From: the human T2T-CHM13v2.0 reference genome, Homo sapiens
Assembly: GCF_009914755.1 (NCBI RefSeq)
Contig: NC_060932.1
Direction: 5' to 3' (one strand)
DNA: 64,000 nt
The position numbers and the translations under genes were made by a program. Below, piece by piece: positions 47,309-62,777 of this stretch (positions within the stretch are counted from its first letter, which is position 1; each line of letters opens with the position of its first letter). Below the pieces are notes generated by a model. The model searched no databases. It was not told the origin of the DNA and saw nothing but the letters and a program-made list of their open reading frames with translations.

Positions 47309-48084
47309 AATCTCTTCTTTTTTATACTGTAAGAGAGAAGGATGACATAATTCTTATAATAGAAAAAAATACCTAAAATATAGTGTGCATGTGTATGTAT
47401 GTTTGAACAGCAATAAATTTAGAAAGTGTTTAGAATAGCAATTTATAAATGCTATATAACATAATATGCACTATTAGCATAACTATTTTAAAAGAATTAG
47501 GAATACCTTTTTAACTTAGAGAGGAAAAAGTGGAGGGAATCCTGGATGTCACATTTCCCTCAGACTATTTCCCTAAAGAGACATTTATTAGGATAATATT
47601 CAGTAATAAGCCTTTGTATTTTTCAGATCAATTTTCTCCTTGAAGTCAGTTAAATTTTCCTTGGGTGCCATGGTCGTCTTCTGAACCAGATTCTGACTAC
47701 CTCGACCGTGGGTTCCCATGGCTGTTCCTTCCCATGTCCACCATTGTTTGGCTTTTCACCATATGACAGTGGTCTAGTTCACAGCGGGAACACTTTGACT
47801 AAAATAGTGTTACTGAGAGCCAGATTGTTTTTACTATTGCTGAATGGATTTCTTATATTTGCAGATCCAGTTACACTTAATTTTAGCTGAACTGTTTCCT
47901 TCTTAAATCTGGAAGCTTAGGTATTACTATACCATTTGTTTCTCTCTCTCTCTCTTTTTTTCTGTTTCTCTTTTTAGTATCCCATTTGTAGATGAAGGAA
48001 CTGAGCCTCAGTGTCATAACCAGTAAATGGTCATTTCAGGAAAGAAGCTCAACACTAAAATGTTTCAGTGTCTATTCAACTGCC

Positions 48085-48567
48085 TAGTGGTTCCCAATGA
48101 GGTGCTACATCTTGTTATGGGTGTGCATAAGAATCTCAGTGTATGGCAGTCTATGAAGTTTTAAAATAGGTAAACACTCAGACTAAAAGAGAATTCATTT
48201 GTTTTAGCCATATCTAATTTGTTTGAAAATTTTAACAAAGAGAGAATGAAGTTTTTATGTTAATCTAAGGAATATATATTAAGTCATTTGAGTCCACCTT
48301 AGTAATTTTTATTATGTAAATCTCATGTTGGTATTATTTTTGCTTGGCATTTTTATTTAAATATGATTATTGCTTTTGGTTAAATATATTTTTAAATGAA
48401 ACTATATCATTGCCATAAATGGAAAACTGGGATAGCTTGCCATAAAAATAAGGTAGCCAATAAATAGAGATAACTACTGAAAAGAAACATAAATGTATCC
48501 AAAGACCTCATAAAATCGTTACTTGCTTACTTGTACTTGGAATGAACCACACTTTGAGAAACTCTGA
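48085..48567. mobile_element. hAT-Charlie (Charlie4-like) DNA transposon relic
   Basis: tagtggttcccaa and accacactttgagaaactctg termini; tgccataaa internal motifs. Confidence 0.55.
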
Positions 48568-49068
48568 TTTTAGAAAATATGAGAAACATTGTATTATTCT
48601 ATACTACCTCTGCTAGTGAGGTTCAACATTTCCATACCTTACTAAAACTGACTTGAATTTATAGGGCCCATAATTTTGTGTGCCCTGTAATTTGTGAAAA
48701 TTGCTTATTTCTACCTGCCGTGGTGTTGTCTGCTAATTGTTATCTAAAATCTAACCTCTTCTTAGTTCAGTAGTAGATCTATGTAGCTATCTATCTATGT
48801 ATCTATCTACCTATCCCTCCATCATTTATTTTTCACATCATCAGTTTAAAAGGAAAGTGTTTGTGTTATGCTTTCCTTTCTTCTTTCTCATAGGCTAGAA
48901 TGTGGGCACAGTGGTGGTGAACTATCTGAATACACCCTAGGGAATCAGAGAACAAAAGAAGGGGCTTGACTTGTGGGATGACCTTGTGGAGAAGACTGCC
49001 TACCCCTCTAGATAGTTTATCAGCATAAACTTTTATGAAATACTATTCAACAATAGAAAATGAACTAC

Positions 49069-49625
49069 TGGATAAATAAACTGTGATACATCTAGACAAT
49101 GGAATATTATTCAGCACTACAAAAAAAAGATGAACTATCAAGCCAGGCAAAGATGTAGAGGAATCTTCAATTCGTATTACTAAGTGAAAGAAGCCAACAT
49201 GAAATGGCTACATAGTCTATGATTCCAATTATATGACATTCTGCAAAAGGCAAAACTATGGAAACAGCAAAAAGATCAGTGGTTTCCGGGAGTTAGGAGG
49301 CAGGGAGGGATGAATAGGCAGAGCACAGTGCATTTTTAGAGCAGTGAAACTATTCTGTATGATACTATAATGACAGATATCTGTGGTTATATATTTAACA
49401 AAATGCACAGAATGTATAACATCAAGAGTCAACCCTAAACTGTGGACTTTAGATGGTAATGATGTGTCAGTGTAAGTTTATCAATTGTAACAAATATACT
49501 GCTGTGGTGTGGGGCATTGATAGTTGGGGAGTTTGTGTACGTGTAGGGGCTTGGCGTATATAGGAACTCTATGTTTTGCTCAGTTTTGCTGTGAACCTAA
49601 AATTTCTCTAAAAGTCTATTAAAAT
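49069..49625 (+). mobile_element. L1MC1-type 3' end
   Basis: gggatgaataggcagagcacag...ttgctgtgaacctaaaa. Confidence 0.85.
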
Positions 49626-50394
49626 AACAAATATTTTATACATAGTATATCCTGTGAAAGTTAAAGGAGAGGATTAAACATATTCAACGTGTGAGACAAT
49701 ATAAAATTCCTAGAAACCACTATTTTGGTTCATTTGGACCAAAGTATCTCAGTAGGTTGGAAAGTTTAGTTGTCTAATTCACAAACTTAGCACTTCATCT
49801 ACTCAACAGAGACTTCCAGAATTAATCATCTAGGAAGCTGGCCAGGATGCAATTGGAATAACAACAGGAAAACCAAAAATGATTTTCTAGTTTATACACT
49901 CATATATACAGTGTACATCACTACTATAGAAAGAAGAGTCAAAAATTAATATCCTCTGCAAATGGAAGAGTCCACACAGAAACCAAATACATTTCTGGAA
50001 TGCCAATGACAATTAAAGTTACATTGAATGTAAAGGCATTAATATTCTTTAGCCAGTGTATACCCTGCTAATGTCTGGTGACAACTCTCTGATGTTCTCT
50101 CTCACTTTTTCATTAAAAAAAAGACAAAGTTCCTGTTTTACATAAATTGAAGAGCCTTTAAAATTACTTTTTCTCATCCTCCTCTTTCATAAATGTTTTT
50201 CAGGCATCGACCTAGTTTATATGACAACACATCCTTTTGAGAAAATCATAAGGTATTTACTTATTGGGTACCTACTGTGTGCATTATTAGAGCAGTTATG
50301 ACTAAGTGGTCAAGATGAAATACATGAAATTCACTGTGACCTCCATTTGAAGTTTCAAAATTTGCCAACTACAGAATTAAAAATCCATTTACGT

Positions 50395-51180
50395 TATCAA
50401 AGAAGAATTGTCATTATTAACAGACAACATAGTCATTTATGTAGAAAATCAGTTGAATCTACAAAAAAAGATACTAAAACTAAGTAAATTTAGCAAGCCT
50501 GCAAGATAAATGATCAATTTTAAATACAAAGAGATAGCACTGTACACCTATCAAAATGGTTAAAACTAAAAACACTGACCATATCTAACATTGGTGAGTA
50601 TGTGGAGGGACTGGAACTCTTATACACTGCTGGTGGAGGTGTGAAATTGTACACCACATTAGAAAACAGTTTGACAGTGTCTTAAAACATTAAGCATACT
50701 TCTACAATATGATCCAGCCATTCTACTTTAGATATTTACCAAAGGGAAATGAAAGCATATGTCCACATGGAGACTTGGATACAAATATTTATAGCAACTC
50801 TATTTGAAGTATCTAAAACTTAGTAACAGCTTGATGTCCAAGCACTAAGTAAATAAATAAACTCTGTGTATACATCCAATGATATTCAGCAATGAAAGGA
50901 ATAAACTACTGATGCACACAACATCATGGAAGAATCTCAAAGTAATTATGTGAAGTGAGAAGCCAAACATACAAAGAATATACTATATACGTTTTCATTT
51001 ATGTAAAATTCTAAAAAGTGCATACTAATCTATAGACACAAAAAGCAGGTCAATGACTGCCTGGGAATAGGGAAGGGAAGGGATTATGAAGGAGCTTGGG
51101 GAAACTTTGGGGTTTTATAGATGTGTTCAGTTTCTTCATTATGGTGGTGGTGTACAGGTTTATGCACATATCAGCACATA
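50395..51180 (+). mobile_element. L1ME relic
   Basis: actggaactcttatacactgctggtg...gaaaacagtttgacag. Confidence 0.75.
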
Positions 51181-51523
51181 TCTGTCCGCAGATCTCTTCT
51201 GCTGACATAATAAATTCTTTCTGATATCCCTACCTCTTAGCTTTCTAACCCTTTCTCAAGGAAGTCTTGGCATCTTTATCTCAGTTTCTGTTGGCCATCA
51301 TTATGCCAAATTGCAAGGCATGGTTCTAGGGTTGTATTAGGCTACATTTCAGACATCTCTGGCAGAATAGTGACTCCGAGTCATACATGAAGGCTCCATC
51401 AAATGTTAATACATTCCCACTATCTGGCCTTAGTTTTTGCTCCATCTCCTGCCCCATATTAACACCCTCCAGACACACTCTTACACTTTGTTCTCCCAAT
51501 CCTTGCTAATATACGTGACTGCA

Positions 51524-52092
51524 GATATTAGTTTTCTACTTGTGCTGTAACAAATAACCACAAATTTAGTGACTTGAAACAACACAGCTTTATTATCTTA
51601 CATTTTTGTAGGTCAGAAGTCAGTACAAATCACAAGTCTCACTGGACAAAATCAAGTTGTCAGCAGGTGGAGTCTTTCTGGAGGCTTCAGGGGAGAATCT
51701 GCTTCCTGCTATTTGAGGTGTTGGTGGGATTTAGTTCCCTGCAATTATAGAACCAAGGACCCTATCTTCTTACTGGTTATAAAATGAGGGCTGTTTCCAG
51801 CTTCTAGAGGTTGTTGGATTCCTTGGCCCATGGCTCAATTTCTCCCTTTTTACAGCCAGCAAAAATGAGTTGAGTGCTTCTCTGGTCACATCTCTTCAGA
51901 CTTACTCCTCTGCCTTTCTCTTCTACCTTTAATGACTCATGTGATTAGATTGGACCAATCCAGGATAATACCCTCATTTTAAGATTCTTAATATTAATCA
52001 CATCTGCAAAGGCCTTTAGGCATGTAATATTCACAGGTATCAGGGATTAGGGAACAAATATATTTAGTGAGGGAGGGGTTTCTCTGACACAC
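51524..52092 (-). mobile_element. MLT1D/E-type MaLR LTR
   Basis: gctgtaacaaataaccacaaatttagtg...taatcacatctgcaaag. Confidence 0.8.
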
Positions 52093-52284
52093 TCAGATTC
52101 TATTATTCCTTTGATGTAGATGCTATTTCTTCCTAAAGCAGACACTATAATTTCATGCTGTGCCTTCATGTCCACTTAATCACACAGGATCTCCAGGTAA
52201 GGAAACGATTCTCTGGTAAGAGAATTCTCTTGCTAGCATGATTTTGTCCAGGGAAATCAGGGCTTCCAGATTCTCAGCCTCAGA

Positions 52285-52704
52285 TTAATGCATAAACAAA
52301 TTGTGATATATACATGGAATGTTATTTAGCAATTAAAAGGAACAAACTATTTATATTAGAAGAAAAACAATGAATCTGGAAAGTATTACGTTAAATGAAA
52401 GCATAGAGGTTAAAAAAATGTTGTACTGTATAATTCCATTTATGTGACATTCTGGAAAATGCAAAACTATAGATATTTAAAAAAATAGGTCAATAGTTGC
52501 CAGAGGCTAAAGGTGAGGGTAAGAGATTGACTTCAAAGGGTCATGAGAGAACTTTTTAGGGTGTTAAAAGTATTTTGGATCTTGATTGTGTTGCTGGTTG
52601 CATAAGCATGTGAATTTGTCAAAACTCATTGACCTGTACTCTTACAAGGGGTGAATTTTATTGTATATAAACTACACTTTAATAAATCTGATTTAAAAAA
52701 AAAA
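52285..52704 (+). mobile_element. L1ME 3' end with tail
   Basis: gggtgaattttattgtatataaactacactttaataaa followed by an A tract. Confidence 0.8.
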
Positions 52705-52729
52705 CGAATCTCAGGCTTATCCATTGAAT

Positions 52730-53843
52730 ATCCTCATCCAAGGCCACAGAATTTTATTTCTTTCCTGCTGGGTTCCTGACTGTGACATAGGACATCTGTT
52801 GAAGCTTGCATTTACTACCCTTTAATGCTCTGCCATCTTTATAATTAGATTAGGGAGGAGCCTGATTTTCAGCACAATCACCCCTGCAGCTGCAGTTTAA
52901 TGTCTTTTTCAAGCTGCCATAGAGGATCTACAGCTTTCACAGCATGCTTTGAGTTTAAGTTGGCTACTATGATTCTTTCTTTTTCTTAAGACTTCCAGCA
53001 AATAAAATCAGCTTGTTCTACAAATGTAATTATTGTCAGCTCCACGAAGCATTAATGGGCCACAGCCATCACATAACCCAAGGCCTTACCGTCTACTTAC
53101 CTTATCCTAAAAAACCATAGGCAAGAATCTTAGTAATTCTTATTTTTACTCAGTTCCAATGGTAATCCTCATCTCAACTGGCAGCATGAATAGGGATCAT
53201 CTTATTGCCCTCTGACTGGGGAGTGTTCATGCTCCAAAATTCTATCTTGAGGGTCTACTGTCTCGGGCCACGTTTGATAATAACTGGGTTAGTACCAAGT
53301 TCCCAGAAAGCTGATCCTGGAACAAAGGCTCCTTCGTGATATATGTGAGAGGTTTATTGGAGAGTATGACCCAGGGAGGGGGATTAAGTTGACCTTAGGG
53401 GTAAAGCAAGAAAGAAGATGGGGTTATTACAAAGGTATATCATTGAGTTGGGTATTGCTACATGCTACTGATTACTTAATTCTGCAGTGTTGTCTAAGCA
53501 GCCATATGAAAAACACTTTAAGACTGTGAGCTTGGAAGAATAGGAAAATCAGTTCTAATTTTCATTAAATGAATATTTGCCTTGGTATTAACTCCTCATA
53601 ATTTCTGGGTTGCATATGTAAGCATTGAGCAGGTTGTTTGGTGTCCTACTCTAGGGCATCAAAACGTAAGTTCTGGGGTTTGGGATTAAAAACAAATGGC
53701 ATGGGTGGCCAGGGACTAAGCGCTATCATTTGTACAGTGTGAAGTTGATAGGAACATACGTAGAGCTGGTTGATATAGTTGTGGAATATTGGACAACAGA
53801 GTCCAAAAGAGTGTAAACTGGTGATTAAAAGGTGTTCAATATA
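52730..53843 (-). mobile_element. ERVL relic: LTR33-like 5' LTR (53285-53843) plus adjacent internal sequence (about 52730-53284)
   Basis: atcttgagggtct...ggccac primer-binding region next to ttcccagaaagctgatcctg; LTR end aggtgttcaatata. Confidence 0.55.
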
Positions 53844-54029
53844 CTATCTGATAGAGCTGTCATAACAATTACATGAATATGTGTAAAGCAGTTCAAACAA
53901 TACCTAGTATTTGTATACATAGTCAATAAATCATTTCTATTATGTGTCATCGTGGACCTAATCAGGATAGAGGATTTCACTGACCTCTCTTCTCTCTTCT
54001 AGTCACAAACACTAAGAAATGTTGTATAC

Positions 54030-54374
54030 TGTCTTACTTCAAGATGCTATGACAAAGTACCATAGACAGGGTGGCTTATAAAAAATAAAAATTTATTTAT
54101 TACAGTTCTGGAGGCTGAAAGTCAGAGATCAGGGTGCCAGCATGGTCAGGTTCTGGGTTTGCAGACTGCCAGCTTCTCACTATACTCTCACATGGTAGAA
54201 AGAAAGTGAGCTGGCTTTCTGAGATCCATTTCATATGGGCACTAATCCCATTCATGAGGGCTCCATCCTCATGACCTAAATACCTCCCACAGACCTCATC
54301 TCCTAATACTATCACATTGGGGTTAGATTTCAATATATAAATTTTGAGGGCACACAAACATTCTACCCACAACA
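54030..54374 (-). mobile_element. MLT1A0 solo LTR
   Basis: tgtcttac...ggcactaatcccattcatgagggctcc...aaca; flanks tatac and tatat. Confidence 0.88.
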
Positions 54375-54939
54375 TATATTCATTTCAAAGAATAAAATAC
54401 TTAGAGTATACAGATCAAAACTACAGAGAAATGCTAGATGTGTTTCTGCCTGAGTGTTTTCTGCTCATGGTCTGAGCTTGGGTAAACCCTGTTAAATTCA
54501 CCACAACCCTTTCATGCAAACTAGCTATTTTTCAAGACCTAAGGATTATTAATTTAATTTGCTTTTAGCAATAATCTCACTACCAATTTTGGTTATTGGA
54601 TAAACATAATATTTTCCAGTCAAGTCAGCCTTGAGGATCATTTCTAGATATTGTTTTCAAGGAAGCCCATATTCTCATCATGTGTCAAATCTTATCTGAC
54701 ACTATAAATACATTGCTATATAAAAAATGCAGTACTTTTAAACAGGTAAGGTAGGAAATCATTTTTAAGGATGCAGGGAGGAAATTGTGTCATTGTAACA
54801 ACAGCAAAAAATTAAAATGCACTTATTATATTTTAGACTCTGAGGCACACATGACAGTTTCTCATGAAGTTTCTACATAATTTATAAGTCTGGCTTGTAT
54901 GGCTCTACCCATTCTTCATGGCCAATATACTTTCTGATT

Positions 54940-55150
54940 CATCAGTGCCTGTGCTATGTTGGTTACTACATGTTTTGAATAGCAGCCTTGGAAGTAGCTA
55001 CATATTAGAATTTCCATTTTACAGCAAAGAAGCTGAGGACTTGTTAGATTAAGTAATTTGATACAGATTAAGCCACTCAACTTTAAAGTGACAAGATTTT
55101 AAGTTCCTTTTTTGTATCTTGCAAAGTTTCTACCACATCCTACTGCCTCT
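54940..55150 (-). mobile_element. MIR relic
   Basis: ccattttacagcaaagaagctgagg...ttaagtaatttg. Confidence 0.55.
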
Positions 55151-55581
55151 GATCTAAACACATCATGCTACTGTGCAGGTAGTTGAAGCATAAAAACATC
55201 GCACTGTGTATTAGCCATGCATATGGGTGAGAATTAGGCTAATAAAAATTCACTGAAAGTGTTTTGCCCTGAAGAAAGCAAGGTGCCTGCCATTTCTTGG
55301 AGTTTATGTGTTGACAGTGTTAAAAAAAAAACTGGAGTGTACAAAGAAAGTTGTCTTGCTTCCTACTTTATAGCCTCCATCTGGTCAGGAAAGGAGTAAA
55401 TTGACCACATCTGCTGCAAATCTGTAGCTGTACTATTGGACCTTTCAGCTTTGTCACTAACTCTGTCTTATCCCCAAGATCTGGGATACTATATCCTGTA
55501 CAGGAGTATGCCAATTTTCACAACTTTTGTACTCTTCTCTAGCATTCTTCAAATTCATATTCCCTTGGGCATCCTATAGGA

Positions 55582-55939
55582 TAAGAGTTGGAAAAATTTT
55601 TATTTAAAGCAACAGATAATAAATATGTTAGGCTTTTTGGACCAATAGGACAAATTCATGATAATATTTAAGGTATATAATGAGTGAAAATAAATTTCCA
55701 CAAAATTTTTATTGATAAAATTCAAAATATAATAATAATAATTAAGTACAAATTACTTTGTGACTTAAATCTAATGAAAATAGTAATATTATTTGGGGGG
55801 AAATAGCATTTCACTTACTTCAAAATTAGCATTCCCTATAATCAAATGTTCATCTATAGAAACTATCTTAACTCACAGGCTCTGCCAAAACAGGTGGTAA
55901 GCCGGATTTATCCCAAAGACCATATTTTGCCAACTCTTG
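55582..55939. mobile_element. MER58-family hAT DNA transposon
   Basis: TIRs taagagttgg and ccaactcttg; 8-bp TSD ctatagga 55574-55581 and ctttagga 55940-55947. Confidence 0.85.
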
Positions 55940-58900
55940 CTTTAGGAAAAGCTTGAATCTCTGTTGGAAGACAGGCAAAAATATGCATATTTTATAAACT
56001 GGTACAGGGGGCCATCATGAGTAGATTCCAATAAAGATCTTTACTGAGGTCTTGTGTGTGCAAAGGCAAAAAAGGGAGGAGTTTATATTTTGTGGACCCA
56101 GTGATACCTGTCTCACATATTGGTTTCCAGGCCTACCTACATGAAGTCAGAGGTTTGTGTATGTGAAAAGTGGGACATCAGGCACAGATTATAGAGGCAT
56201 ACTGTCAAAGCCTTTTGTGGTGCACGGAGAGTACAAGTATTTTTTCTTGAGTGCCCACTTCTGTGTCAAAGTGTGACCTAGAGTGGGGAATAAGAAATAT
56301 TCTTCCCACTTTTTCATCAGCATTAGGTGGCCAGGAACAATGAGGATGCAGAAAATACAATTATGGGGCCAATAAGCAGTGGCCTTGACACAAATATGTG
56401 TGTTTTTACAGAGAGAACCAGCAATAGTGGCATAGTAAGGCTTTAATCTTAATTAGCTGTGGGGTAATGAACATAGATGGAGTCATGAAAGTAATATTCC
56501 ATTCTACAAAGTCAACTGTGAATATTTTTTAGTGCAAGGCTAGTACACAAGCATTCCAGGAGGTCAACGAGTTTTCCTTACAATATCTTAGAATGATGTT
56601 AAAAAGTACCACATCAATGAATTCCACTTCTGGATGGCAGCATAAGAAGTTCCATGGACCCACTCCCCAGAAAAACAAAGTTGGTAAAAAACAATGAAAA
56701 AAATCCAATAAATTAAAGTCTCTGTAAAGTGTCCTAAGGGAATAAAGCAAATAAATATTTACTAGAGAAAATCTACTAAAACCTATTAAGAACAGCCAGT
56801 CAGTAGCATTTGATCCACAATCCTCCCTCTCGAGACCATCCCCAGCTCAGTTTAGAGGAGCTCCATTATGGATGGATGAAGCTAAGGAAGAAGTCCCTCT
56901 CCCTTCATCTTCCAATCAATGCTTACAGTATCTCAATAGGAGGACAAGGTTCTAGCACTTTTCATCTCTTTCAACTCCAAATTAAAAAAATAATATTCCT
57001 GTTGAGTACAGGGAAAGGCTGAGGATCCCTTTCCCCCACCAAGCTCATCTTCATAGTACAGAGACTCCATCCCAGGCAGGCAGGCCAAGATTACAGGGAC
57101 CTCCAGCTGTCCTTGCTTCGGGTCATACATTGGGCAGAGATTCTACAATGAAAGAGGCATGCAGAGACAACCAGAGGCTTATTGCCTAAATTAGTGACTA
57201 GAGAGGTTGCCTAAGGGGAAAAACAGTGAATAGGAAAAGAGAGGTCTGTAGCTCTACCCAAATGAACTGACATTATTTGAATCCAAATGTGAAGAAGTTC
57301 AAGCCTAAGGGCTCTTCTAAAACAATAGCTCCTCTCAATTAAGAGCAATAAGCTAAACAATAAGCAAGTTATTTCTTCAGAGAGAACCAGAGAAAGAGAT
57401 AGCGAAGAAAAGCCCTCCCTAGGGTCAAAAGACTGGCTTCAAAAGCAACAAATTTAATTAGATCAGACTCCAGCAATTTATGCCTTAGGGCATTGTTAAA
57501 AAAAAAAAAGCAATAGAGCAATTAGCCTGTAATTAGTGGAGTTCAGTGAGTGGGGTGTATTACCAAATGAAGCAGATAGCTTGGTAACAATATTAAGGGA
57601 TATTAAGGAAATAAATAGGTAAAGAAAGCCCTGCTTAAACATCCCATCCCAGAATGACAGTACACATGATGAAGGTGGGTACCTTCCAAGGAATACACCA
57701 AAGACTTCACGTCATGGATGAAATGTAAGTTACTAATATAGACTAACCATTTCAAAAAATAAGCAAACAACAATCAAAACAAGTACCCAAAACAGCTATA
57801 CTACCTAAAATATCCAATTTTCAACCAAAGTTATGAGATAGGCAAAGAAATAGAACACATGACACACACACAGGAAAAAAAAAAAATCAAAAGAAACTAG
57901 CTGTAAGAGGGATCAGGTATCAGATTTAACAGATAATAAAATTACTTCAAAGTAGTCATTATAAATATATTCAATGAACTAAAGGAAACTATTAAGGAAG
58001 TAAAGTATGAAAACAATGTCTCAACAAATGGAGGTTATCAATAAAGAAATATAAGTTATAAAAACATAACAAATGTAAAGTATGAAGCTGAAAATTGTAA
58101 TAATTAAAATGAAAATTCATTAGAGGAATCTAGCAGAAGAAGGTGTCAACAAACTTGGAGACAGACTGATAGAGAATACCCAATCCAAAAATCAGAGAGA
58201 AACTAGAAGACACTGTGGGACAATTTTATGTCTACCAAAATATTCATAATAATAGTACCAGAAGGAAAGGAAAGGGGCAGAGATAATTATTTGAAGATCA
58301 ATAGTTGAAAACTTTCCAAATTTCATAAAAAATACAAATCTATGCATTCGAGAAGATCCGTGAACTCCAAGTAGGATAAATCCAAAGAAATCAATGCCCA
58401 GCTGAATCATAGTAAAAATGTTGAACATCAAAGGAGAAAATTCTGAAAGCACTAAGGGAAAGACTGCTCTTTAAGGATAAGGGAATCCCAATGAGATTAA
58501 CAGCTGACTTCTAGTCAGAAACAATGGGGGCCACAAAGCATGAGATTACATATTCAAAATCCTAGGAACACAAACAGTCAATAAAAATCTTGTATCCAGC
58601 AAAACTATCTTTCAAAAATGAAAGTGAAATAAAACATTCCCAGGTAAGCAAAAAAATTGAGAAAATTCATTCCTAATGGGCGTGCTTTCCAAGAAACACA
58701 AAGGGAAGTTTTTCAGGCTAAAATCACATAAACACAGGTGAAAATCAAAATCCACATGGACAAGCAAACTGTACTGGTAATAATTATGTAATTATAAAAG
58801 AGTATAAATGCATATTTTGCTTTTTTCTTGACTAATTTTGAAGCCAATTATATGAAACAAATGTATACAAGTGTATTGTTGGGTCTATAGCATAGAAATG

Positions 58901-59471
58901 TAATATATTTGACAACTAAAGCATAAAGGAGATAAGTAGAATCAAAACTTTATTGAAAAAGGAAATGACTTAAGATGGTAAGTTGAACTTGAACAAATAA
59001 AAAGAGCCAGAAATGATAAATAAGAAAAATATTACTAACTTCATAAATATATATTTGAAGTCCTTTCTTAGCTTCTTTAATAGACATTATATAAGCTAGT
59101 AATTATAACAATCTATTGCTGAATTGGTAACCTATATAGATAAAATATGTATAACATAAAAGGAAGAAGGAGGCATAAAATAATATAAAAGAAAATTTTC
59201 TGTGTCTTGTAAGAATTAGTATAAATATGAACTAGATTCTTATTAGTTAAGATGTATAAGGTAACCTCTAGAGAAGCCACTAAGAAAATAACAAAAAGGA
59301 TAGTGAAAAACAATCACCAAAGGAGTTAAAATATAGCACTAGCAATATTCACAAATGAAAAAGCAGCAAAAGAAGACTAGAGGAACAAAAAGACATGGAG
59401 CCATTTAGAAAACAAAAAGTAAACTGGCAGATGTAAATCAACAATATTAAAACCATTAAATGTAAATGGAT

Positions 59472-59596
59472 AGATACAATATTCAATATTTGGGTGATAG
59501 GTACATGAGAGGCCCAACACTCACCATTACACACATAATACTTAAGTAATAAGCACATGTACTCCCTGAATCTAAAATAATTTTTTAAAAATTAAA
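59472..59596 (+). mobile_element. Short L1MA/L1PB 3' tail insertion
   Basis: gcacatgtactccctgaatctaaaataa; 14-bp TSD aaatgtaaatggat at 59458-59471 and 59597-59610. Confidence 0.8.
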
Positions 59597-59738
59597 AAAT
59601 GTAAATGGATTAAACAATCCAATTAAAGGGCAGAAATTGTCAGAATGGAAGAAACAAGATCCAACTATATGCTGTCTACAGAGACACACTTAAGTTTTGA
59701 TGATACAAATGGTTGAAAAGAAAAGAATAGAAGGTATC

Positions 59739-60749
<1,011 letters not shown>

Positions 60750-60938
60750 AATCTACTACACAAACATCAATTATAAGAAAGCTCGAGTAGTTGTATCAGA
60801 AAAAATTGACTTTAAAACAAAAAAGTTAATTATAAACATATATATAGTAACAGAATCCTAAAACATTTGAAGCAAAAACTGACAAAATTGAGGAAGAAAA
60901 TAGAAAATTTAATAGTAATCATCAATGCCATCATACTT

Positions 60939-60945
60939 TATATAC

Positions 60946-61015
<70 letters not shown>
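60939..61015. repeat. (TA)n microsatellite of about 77 bp in an Alu tail
   Basis: Directly visible, with few interruptions. Confidence 0.95.
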
Positions 61016-61023
<8 letters not shown>

Positions 61024-61307
61024 TTTGAGGCAAGGTCTGGCTCTATTGCCCAGGCTGGAGTACAGTGATGCAATCTCTGCTCACTGCAACCTCCACCTCC
61101 TGGACTCAAGCCATCCTCCCACCTTAGCCTCTCAAGTAGCTGGGACTACAGGCATGCACCACAGGCCTGGTTAATTTTTGTATTTTTTGTAGAGATGGGG
61201 TTTCACCATGTTGCCCAGGATGATCTCAAACTTGTGAGCTCAATGGATCTGCCCACTTTGGTCTCCCAAAGTCCTGGGATTACATGCATGAGCTAACAGG
61301 CCCAGCC
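61016..61307 (-). mobile_element. AluJb
   Basis: AluJ diagnostics ctcaagccatcctcccacc and ttgcccagg; flanking atactt duplicated. Confidence 0.92.
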
Positions 61308-61627
61308 ATACTTAATTTTTAATAAGAAATGGAACGACTAATTAGAAGATAAACAAACAGAAGACTTAATAATAAACACAAACTATACTTCACAGACATT
61401 CTTTCAGTTGCTTTTTATTTTAGAACATGTGAAAACCCAAAGGCCTCCACAACAGCATTTAAGACTCTCATCTGCAGCTGAGAGATTTTATTAACAATAG
61501 GTAAAATTATAACTGTTAAGGTAGCTGAATTACCAGAAGATTTCTCACACAGTCTTTATAGGTCTCCTGTGCTAAACTTCAGGGCCCTACTAGGGAAGGT
61601 ATGAGACACTGAAATAATGACTGGGTA

Positions 61628-62371
<744 letters not shown>

Positions 62372-62777
62372 ATGACATTTGGTTAGAAGTACTTAAGAAT
62401 CTTTTACTCCAGATTTTCCTGAATATTTTAGGACAAAAGAAGTGACATGTTCTTCCTTATTAAGAGTCTCTTGTTCATAAAAACAAAAACAAAATCTCAC
62501 CTTGCACGAATGCCTCACAAAATGATGTTCATCCTCAATTTCCACCTCTGTCTCAACTTCTTGTATCCAGACACGTAATTAAAGTTAGATCTCACTCTAG
62601 CCTGAGCAGGAAAGTATAGTTCTTACACTGGAAGGAAATAGCATAATTACTAAAAGAGTTGTAGGATATGGCAATTAGGTACCAGCATGAAACAAAGGAA
62701 TATATAAGTATTCCTTGATATATAATATATAATAAATGAAGGAGTACATAGCTTTTAAACCAGGGTTGGGTACAGTG

